This document shows, one piece after another, positions 53,721 through 64,000 of a stretch of 64,000 nucleotides of DNA. Within the stretch, counting starts at the first letter, position 1. Each line of letters starts with the position of its first letter. Source of the DNA: Tricharina praecox (lineage: Eukaryota). Location of the stretch: contig NW_026250410.1 of the NCBI RefSeq assembly GCF_024521635.1, positions 930,001 to 994,000 on the forward strand, written 5' to 3'. Under the pieces are notes generated by a model. It had not been told where the DNA came from, did not search any database, and saw only the letters and a list, made by a program, of their open reading frames with translations. A program made the translations under genes and the position numbers.

Positions 53721-55315
53721 TCAACCCACCATGCGGTCTTCTTCGTCGTCGAAGACCGCAGGGGACGAGGAGGAGTCCGCGTACATGTGGAACTGCACAA
53801 AGATCTGGAGCAGCGTGAGCTTCGGTTCGGTTTGGTCGAGGCAAGGGAAGGAGGGAAGGAAAGATGGAGGGAAGGAAAGAAGGAGGGAGGGAAGGAGTCT
53901 TACGATAACGTCTTCGGCCATGGTTCCGAGACTGCCCATCAGCCAGGGGAGGTTGTCCATGACATACGTCCGCTCGGACGAGTGCAGAAGGATTCCGGCG
54001 CCGTATGTGAGGTTTCCCAGGAGCGACAGGAGGAAGAAGAGGAGCGAAAGACCTGTAGCCATCCATCCATCCGTTAGCATGGGATGTAGCTATGCGACCG
54101 AACGACCATATGACGACTGACCTTCGCAAGACTTCTTCTGGTAGTTACGTATGATCTGGGGGATGCGCGCGGTGAGGTACAGCACGGCACTGATATATCC
54201 CAAGATCTCAGCGCCCACGGGCATATTATCCTCGCCGCCAGCAGAATTCCCGCCGTCCTGGACCTTCCACGCGCCCGACCACCAGGCAAACCCCCATCCC
54301 AGGGCGCCCGCGGCGACCACGCCCAGGATCGAGAGGGCATTGCGGGCGACAGCGGGGTAGGAGTTCTCATCCTCGGTGAGGATAGCGGCCTCCAGCGAGC
54401 CGCGCCTGCTGCTGCTGCGACGGGACGCGACGGAGCTGCGCCGGCGGTCGCGCGCCGCGATCAAGGGCTGCGACGGGTCGTTGCTGAAGACGCTGCTGCG
54501 GCGCCGCGCGCCGCCTTTCTCCTCCGCTGCGATGCGGTTGTAGTAGATCGTCTGCCCCATGAGCAGCACATCGGCGAAGCAGAAGTAAACGGCGATTGCG
54601 ATAACGGTCGGGAGGAGACCGCCCCATAGGGCACCTGCACGCGACAGAAAAAAACAACGGTGAGCAAATCACGGCCATAGATACAGTAAATACTACGAGT
54701 TTTGAAGGAAGGCTCTCGTCTGGGCGGCGATGTGTTGCACACACATGCTGGCGTGGATCCCTTCCGTCCGTGCGTGTTCCCGCACGCGGCGGCGGTGTGC
54801 GGCGGCGGTGGCCTCCGCCGCCACTGAATGCATCACGCACATAACACGACACGCCAACGTTTCCGTTCCCTCACGCGCGCGACGGATGCAGGAACACACA
54901 TACCGATCAGATTCGTCAGGTCACCCACGAACCAAGCGGACAGGAAGACCATCGAGAGGGCATCTGCACGGCCGTTCTTGTAGTTCTCGATGAGTTGCGG
55001 TAGCTACGAGCAACGCACGAACGAGGATGTCAGTTTGCCGATTGTTATTATTATTATTTCGTTTGATTGCCCGGGGGAGGATTTCGCACGCGACGACTGG
55101 ATGGGATGGAGTGGAATGTAGAGTGGAAAGTAGAGCAGACGAAACGATGGCGAAGATTTCGGGCTTCGATGTGAAGTACGTACGAGCAGGACAATCCAGG
55201 ACACGAGAGAGATGGAGCCCGCGATGCCGGATAGAGCTTCGCGGAGACTCACGTCCACAGCGGCACTGCTGTTGTGGCTGATCATGAAGGAGGAAACAAG
55301 GGAGTAGGTCGCCAT
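53721..55315 (-). CDS. Vacuolar PQ-loop repeat protein (Ypq/PQLC2-like cationic amino acid transporter); 5 exons
   Basis: REALSGIAGSISLVSWIVLL-LPQLIENY, WFVGDLTNL, GYISAVLYLTARIPQIIRNYQKKSCEG-LSLLFF, NLPWLMGSLGT. Confidence 0.9.
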
Positions 55316-56958
55316 GGCCAGGAACGGGACACAACGGTCTCTGGACGTCGACGGATGGGGAGTTTGAAGTCTGGTACCGCTCGAAACAGAAATCTCTGTT
55401 GGGGGACCAAAGATGACCTTTTTTGCTTTCTTTTTTTTGGCATTTTTTTCGCAGGCGGGCTGGGGGGTGGGATGGGCTGGGGGCGGCCGTTACGGATCTC
55501 GCCGCTGCGCATGACGGTAACTATCGCTGTAGGCCCTGCTTTGTGCGGTCTCTACAAGAGCAAGATAGAGCATCGTAAGCGGACGACAATGAATTGCTGC
55601 ATCCTGATTCTCTGGTTTATCAATTTGTATCGGATCTGCAGTTCTTTCAATCATGGGGTCTGGTGACAGCTTAAGGGCAGCACCAAGAAACTTGGCAGTA
55701 ACAGTGGTCGATATGCACTCGGTATGTATGGGACTGCGGTTGCCGACGGACGATACGCGTAGAGTGCGGTTATGATTGTCCGAGGTGTGCTTCCAATTCC
55801 ACGGTTTCCGCAGTGCTTGACGGGTTCGTATGGTTGCGGACAGACTACCGGTACATATGCCTCTGCAGAAGGGCAAGGCTTGACGGCGGAGGGCGGAAAG
55901 CGGAAGGCTGAAGGCTGAAGCTTGAGGCTTGAAGTCGTCATCGTCGACATGAAATCGGCGCTGGTCCTTGCGAGGCGTTTCGCTTAGCGTCGTCGATGGA
56001 CACAGGATCACCGCCACCGCTTCAGGGACCTCTTCTTGGTATCCTCACGGCCCACCACCGCCGGCTGTTTCGGAAGGTGACATCTCTCTCTGCTCGGAGT
56101 CTGTGTTTTCCGCGCCTTCCGGCCACTCTACTCTACTAGCACCTAGGCTCCGTGACGAATCAGAATCGCACGTATCTAACACCAAAATGACAAGCCGTCC
56201 AGGAAAGCTGGGGTCGGAGTTTCGACTGGCTCAGGGAAGGAAGTAAGGAGGCAAGGAGGGGGTGAGGACTCAGGGAGCAACGCACAGCGCACGCTTGTTT
56301 GGTCCCTGCAACGCTCGAGTTCATTTTGTTCTGCTTGCTGCGAGGGATCGCAGATATACCTGGGCAAGCAGGTAGATACGGGTACTTTCTTCCAGTTATA
56401 GTGGTAGAAGGCGAGGGAAGGAGCTGCTCTTCTATTACCTGCTCTACTCCGTTCCGTTCTTGCTGTGTGCTACGCCATCACTTCCACCACCAACCACTCC
56501 CCAACTCATACTCACCACCACCACAACCACAACTACCACAACCACATCCATTCACCTCACCTTCGCTTGCCGCCGCTTGTAGCCAACCACGATCGACCAT
56601 CAAAAACAGCATCTGTCGCCAGCCCCTCTCTGGCCAATCCGAGCCTTCCGAACAGCGCCACTTCAACTGCGAGTCGCGCATCCGCATATCATCCATCCCC
56701 TTCGTTCGATTCACCTCGACCCCGTCGCCGTCGCCGTCGCTCGTTTGAGGCTTCCGTATTTTATTGCGTAAAACCTGCGCTCGTTGTTCTCTCGCTCCTT
56801 CAGAAAAACAATATTCGCTACCGTCAATAAAGGACTTCCGACTCGGCAATTCGACATCCGCGCGGGAAAGAAAAAAAAAGAAAAAGCAAAGGGCGCATCA
56901 CAGCTCGTCGCTCGCTCTTTCAACCGGTTCACACTTTCGATAAGCATCGGCCTTCAAC

Positions 56959-57810
56959 ATGAGGATAACACGCTCATTCCTTGTTGCGTCGCTGCTGCTC
57001 TGCATGTCCGTGACCTATGTGGCAGCTTTGGAGGACGACATGGAAAACCACGAAATCGTCGTCGAGAGGCGACAGGACAGTAACGCCACATCCAACTCCA
57101 CGCCGACAACGGTCCCCTCGGTCACCCTTCTTCCTTCGACTTCGTCGGATCCGACGACAGCCGACCCGGAAACCACCCCTACTACTACGGCCCCGACGAC
57201 GACGACGCAGCCCCCGGAGACGACCGAGAACACTACTCCGACGGACGGTGGCACCGACAATACAACCGCCCAACCATCCACTCCGGACAACCCGCCAGAA
57301 ACCACCGCCACTACTAGCACCCGCCCCACTGTTGTCGCCACACCGAGTCCCACCACAAGGGTTCGCACTACCGTCATCGTCACTCGCGTCGGAAATGCAG
57401 ATGTCACGTCCACGGTCACCACCACGGCCGTCGATATGGTCACTCCCACCGTGGATCCGGCAGCGTCAGCATCCGGTTCCGGCACCGCTACGCCCGGGAC
57501 TGCCGGGGGCAGCGATAGCGGTGGGTCCAGCGGTCTCAGTACCACCCAGAAGAATGTTGTTATCGGAGTGGTTGTCGGTATTGGAGGTGCTGTTTTGTTG
57601 GGCGGGTTGGCGTTCGTCTTCTGGCGGTTGAGGAAGCGAAACACCAACCCCGTCGATGAAGATGACTTGATGCGGAGAAACGGGTCGCCTTTGGCGGGGT
57701 CGTCAGGACGGGAGATGCATAGCACTAGCCCAGAGGCGTCACCCTTCCAGGCTACCCTCGATCAATACCACAAGCCACCCGGACAAGTCAACACCGCGGC
57801 AAACTTCTAG
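56959..57810 (+). CDS. Mid2-like type I membrane cell-wall sensor (signal peptide, Ser/Thr-rich ectodomain, one TM helix)
   Basis: Hydrophobic N-terminus, dibasic ERR, Thr-rich region, GLSTTQKNVVIGVVVGIGGAVLLGGLAFVFWRL, and tail PFQATLDQYH...NTAANF. Confidence 0.85.
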   Translation: MRITRSFLVASLLLCMSVTYVAALEDDMENHEIVVERRQDSNATSNSTPTTVPSVTLLPSTSSDPTTADPETTPTTTAPTTTTQPPETTENTTPTDGGTDNTTAQPSTPDNPPETTATTSTRPTVVATPSPTTRVRTTVIVTRVGNADVTSTVTTTAVDMVTPTVDPAASASGSGTATPGTAGGSDSGGSSGLSTTQKNVVIGVVVGIGGAVLLGGLAFVFWRLRKRNTNPVDEDDLMRRNGSPLAGSSGREMHSTSPEASPFQATLDQYHKPPGQVNTAANF

Positions 57811-58866
57811 TTCGGGGTCGGATGCCATTCTTTATTTGTGACCGGGTGTTGGTTTTCGGGCATTTTCATTCCATCACCTTCTTGCTTTTTTCTTTCTTTC
57901 TTTCGATGATGGCTACAACCCATTCTGTATTTTGTCCCTCTTATTTACCTTATTGATACCCATTGTCGGCTTCAACGTCGACCTTCTGTACGTGCTGTTT
58001 CCAGACAGTTGTCTGATTCCGCTATAATCGAGTGATCTACCATATGTCATCTTTCATCTTTTAGCCTCAACTTCATTCCCAATTTCTCTTTCCACTTTGG
58101 CTTCCTTTTCCTTTTTCGGGGAGCGTACATTTTTATAGGGTGGCTTTGGAGCGTCAACGACAACGAGAACCAAGGTGGCACTTACTGCCTAATGATTGTG
58201 TGGCCGCAAATGTATCTCAGAATACTACATCTTATGTATTGGTGATCTTTTTGCATCAAGTGCTTACTTGCGTGCGCGAAGGATAGATGGTGAGCATTGA
58301 ATGTAGATAACGGCTGTGATGGTGGTGGTAGTAGCAGGAATGATGCTGTTGATATTCGATTGTTTGAAAGGGGCACATACAGAACAAAGCGTTCCTGCGA
58401 TTGGGTTAGTTACTGCCAACCAACGACCTCAGCTAAGCGGACCACGTTTATGCCCCTCCCCCATCCTCCCACTCCGAGTGAAGCCCTCACTCGGTTTGTG
58501 CTTTCGTGATGCTGCGAAAAATCGGTGACCAATTCGTATACGAGCTACAGAAACCCATTTACCGCGGTTGGCTGCAAAATATTCGCATGCACCCAATAGT
58601 CTGTTCGCTATTTTACGCAGGATTGCATCAGACAGAACGGGCGGATTCAATTCTGCCTGTCGTTTGGCGTTTCCCGATGCCCTGAACCCTGAAAACGGCT
58701 TGCTAGACTTTGCGGCTGGTGCGATCCGATTCCTCCCTGCCTCTCGGCCTTCTTCGGTCTTTCACCACCACTAGATCCATCTTCACCGCTTCCTCCCAGC
58801 CCACTATTCCCCCGCCCCGCAACACAGCTCAGCATCTCCTTCTCCACAATCTCAAAATCATCCGCA

Positions 58867-60107
58867 ATGGCTCCCCCAGCTTTCTCTGACATCGCGAAGT
58901 CGTCCAATGATGTACGTCGTTTACGAAATCCACCTCACCTGCTGCTTTTGCTGTGTGTGAGAGTGCGTATGTGTGCTACGACAGTATGCTGATTTTTTTC
59001 CCACGCGAAAAAAGCTCTTGACGAGGGACTTCTACCACACCGCCTCGGGTTCGTTACAAGTCCTATCCTACAGACTCAAATGTGGAGGTTTGAATTTAAA
59101 GTTAACCAACGCCGCAGCCAACCTCGAGGTTAAGTCGAAGGCTCCCAACGGTGTTGCTTTCACCGTCAAGGGAAAGAGCGACCACAAGTCTGGTGCCATT
59201 GCTGGCCAGGTACCGTATTCCAAAAATTACCCCCTTCCTCCCCACGCGAACGTAGGCAGGTTCCTGACGACCAGCGTGTAAGCATAGATCGAGGCCAAGT
59301 ACACCGACAAGCCTACTGGTAGCTTCCCCCATCATCATCATCGTTCTATTCCGATGTACAAGACAAAGCGCGGTGTCTGACATTCTTGTAGGCTTGACCC
59401 TGACCCAGGCGTGGACCACCTTGAACGCTCTCGACACCAAGATCGAGCTTGACAACACCATCGCCAACGGCCTCAAGGCTGAGGTTCTCACTCAGTTCCT
59501 CCCTGCCACCAAGGGTAAGGGCGCCAAGCTCAACCTCCACTTCCGCCAGCCCCTCTTCCACGCACGCGCCTTCTTCGACCTGCTGAGGGGCCCCTCCTTC
59601 AACGGTGATGCCGTTGTCGGACACGATGGCTTCCTTGCCGGTGCCGAGGTTGGCTACGACGTCGAAGGAGGAAAGATCACTAAGTACTCCGCTGCCGTCG
59701 GTTACAGCGTCCCCGAGTACACCGCTGCGATCACCGCTACCAACAGCCTGAACATCTTTGCTGCCTCTTACTACCACCGTGTCAACGCTCAGGTTGAGGC
59801 TGGTGCTAAGGCCACCTGGGACGCCAAGAGCGGTTCCACCAGCGGTGTCGGTCTCGAGATCGCCAGCAAGTACAAGCTCGACCCCAACGCTTTCGTCAAG
59901 GCCAAGATCAACAACCAGGGTATCGCCGCTCTGGCTTACAGCCAGCTCCTCCGTCCCGGTGTCACTCTCGGTCTCGGTGCCTCCATTGACACTCAGCGAT
60001 TGGCCGAGCCTGCCCACAAGGTGAGTTACTGTAGTTCCCGCAGGGTTACGGATGGAGACTAACGAGCTATATATCAGGTCGGTCTTAACTTTGTCTTCGA
60101 GTCGTAA
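58867..60107 (+). CDS. POR1: Mitochondrial outer-membrane porin (VDAC); 6 exons
   Basis: MAPPAFSDIAKSSND-LLTRDFYH, GLTLTQAWTT, GHDGFLAGAEVGYDV, KAKINNQG, LRPGVTLGLGASID, HK-VGLNFVFES*. Confidence 0.96.
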
Positions 60108-60566
60108 ATGTTTATAAAGCGGGAAGATGATATCTTACGATTTCTGTACGTTACTTTGGAACCCATATGGTTTCATCAGGGAGAATGAATAGGAAGTAGA
60201 GAAGGGCGGGCTATTTTTTTCTTTTTCAATGGAGGTGCTGTAGGGTAGAAGTAAATCCATATTACGCCATACGTGCACCGAAAACGAAAACGAATCGAGT
60301 GACTGCGCCTACCAAGGCCGGTCGATTTTCGGGATTCAGCCAGACGGACAGAGAAGTACATAAACAAAACGCACCCGTCCAACGTCATCGGACAATGATG
60401 GTAGATGCCAAGGCACTCGTGTCCTGACGTAATATGTATGTGCGCCACAAGCATAGTATGTATTGTACATAGAGTGCCTCTACCTCTATCATCGCTATCA
60501 CGCCTCCTCTAACCTACACGCCTACACACTCCTCAACCGCCCAGCAAAGCAACATTCCGGGATGAC

Positions 60567-61410
60567 ATGCTCTCACGCCCGCAATTCACCTTAGGCCTCA
60601 GCCTCGGCCGCTCCCTCTTCCTCCTCCCCCGCCACCAGCAATTCCACACATCGCACCCCACCGCCGCCGTCGCCGCCGACCCACCATCCCACTACGAAAC
60701 CCTCCAGCTCCACGAGACCGCCACGCGCGCAGATATCAAAAAGTCCGTATCCCACCCCTCCCGCCCCTCCCCCTCCCCCACCCCCCCATCTTTCCCATCC
60801 AGTAGCGGTACTAACCCCACCCAGACGTTTCTACGAACTCTCGAAATCGCACCACCCAGACCGACTGCACCTCCGCGGTGGCGGCAGCAGTGGTGACAAG
60901 AAGAAATTCCTCGAGATCTCGGGGGCATACCAAGTTTTGCGCGACCCATTGCAGCGGCAGCGCTACGACCGCGAGCTCCTGCGCGCACGCGGACATCGGC
61001 CCACGGTCGGAGGTGCGAGACCAGCGACAGGGCTCTCCCGTCGCGGACCCGCGCCGAGGGGGCCGGTGCAGAGTTATTACCGTAATGCGGTGGCGGGCGC
61101 GGGGCCAGGGGCGTTTAGGGGGTCGGCGGTGAGGAAGGAGGGGGGAGGGGTTGGTGGGGTGGGAGGCGGCATGGGGGGCGGCATGGGCGTTAACGGCGGG
61201 GAGGGAGAGGTTAGGGGCTTTGATGTCAAGGAGAAGCAGAGGATGCATGAGGCGCATGAGGAGCGGAGGAATCGAAGGAGGCAGACGGGTGGTGATGGGT
61301 ATGATCCTGGCGTTATTGTGCCCATCGTTGCTGTTACGGGGATTTTGGCATTTACGGTTTGGAGTGGGACGAAGGCTTTTCACGGCGGCGGGAGGGAGGA
61401 GAGGAAGTGA
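60567..61410 (+). CDS. DnaJ-domain protein, probably mitochondrial, with a C-terminal TM helix; 2 exons
   Basis: Presequence-like N-terminus, HYETLQL...DIK-KRFYELSKSHHPD (HPD motif), AYQVLRDPLQRQRYD, and hydrophobic VIVPIVAVTGILAFTVW. Confidence 0.8.
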
Positions 61411-62014
61411 GTGAGTGTGTTGTACGATATATGATAAGATGGTCTATACCTAGAGGTGTATATGGGAAATGTGTGTTTAGAAGTTGAGTTTTACAAGGTC
61501 GACTGCAAGTATCTATGCTATCCGCCCCAATGCCGTATTTGCGGGGTGAGCTAACTGATACTATACAAACACTTCTCCCCATCACCAGTATGATTGCTAT
61601 CTACCAAAGCCATACTTCCGTGGAGAGAGATTGTCTGGAATAAAGAACGATGAGTTCGATAGACTGTCGTACCATAATCATGAATAAATTAGCTGCACAA
61701 ATGCTTATACTGACCAACCGACTGGTTCTCGCAATGTAAAGAACCCATGACGTCGGCGCAGCACTGCAGCAGCAGCAGCCACACTTTGCGCTAGTTAGTT
61801 AACCATCGTACCGCGCGGCGCGCATAGCAACGGTAGGTGGTGGGTCGGTGCAAATAGAATCCATGTGAGTCGGTAGGACTCAGTGCGGAGCCACAACACC
61901 TCAATTTTTGCCCCACCTCAACTCCAACCACGAGCGAGCGGACAACTCATTACTAGCCACGATCGATTCCCCACAACACTACACGAAACTACACGACACT
62001 ATACTACGCTCGCA

Positions 62015-63676
<1,662 letters not shown>

Positions 63677-63867
63677 GTGGGTGGATGGACTGGTTGGACT
63701 GGTTGGATGGATGGACTGGTACATACTACCTACATAAAAAAGCGATCGTTTATTCTCCTTTGTTTTTGAGTGGATGGCTGGCTGGATGGCTGGAGTACGA
63801 ATCTGAAAAATTTGCGGTGCACAATGGATGGATGGATGGGCTTGGCTGGATGGGCTTGGCTGGGCGG

Positions 63868-63919
63868 AGGTTGGGCTGAGGTTGGGCTGAGGTTGGGCTG
63901 AGGTTGGGCTGAGGTTGGG
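63868..63919. repeat. 11-bp tandem repeat (AGGTTGGGCTG), about 4.7 copies
   Basis: Read directly from the sequence. Confidence 0.85.
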
Positions 63920-64000
63920 GAATGCGCAGGGCTGTAATTATGCTTACTTACCTACGTATTTACTGCCTACTTGTTGCTTAGTACTTGTTACACGTGCGGT

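Overview
Eukaryotic DNA from a filamentous ascomycete. This is inferred from short GT-AG introns with CTRAC/CTAAC branch points and from fungal-type orthologues. The window holds about 18 intron-containing housekeeping genes: LYS1, VPS1, MTHFR (MET12-type), a large C-terminal beta-propeller protein, class II eIF4E, CDC8, YAH1, RRP15, MSM1, UGO1, SPE2, ADE12, a SAM-dependent methyltransferase, RUD3, a PQ-loop transporter, a Mid2-like sensor, POR1, a DnaJ protein and MAP2. Three accessory or intergenic blocks (about 5.5-9.3, 16-22 and 36.8-46.5 kb) lie between them. The most notable signals are these. (i) The SAM decarboxylase (SPE2) leader is almost free of AUG, yet it holds a single intron-split 17-codon uORF flanked by two structured RNA elements, one with mutually exclusive pairings; this is a candidate polyamine-sensing control module. 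(ii) A roughly 500-nt, heavily base-paired minus-strand segment between UGO1 and SPE2 looks like an unannotated ncRNA. (iii) The mitochondrial MetRS stop codon sits inside a splice donor, so splicing or readthrough would add a charged tail of about 118 aa. (iv) An 839-bp internally deleted hAT element retains its TIRs and an 8-bp TSD. (v) A roughly 500-bp inverted duplication of a Harbinger Myb/SANT relic could form a long hairpin RNA. Gene models were assembled by eye, and no database searches were run.
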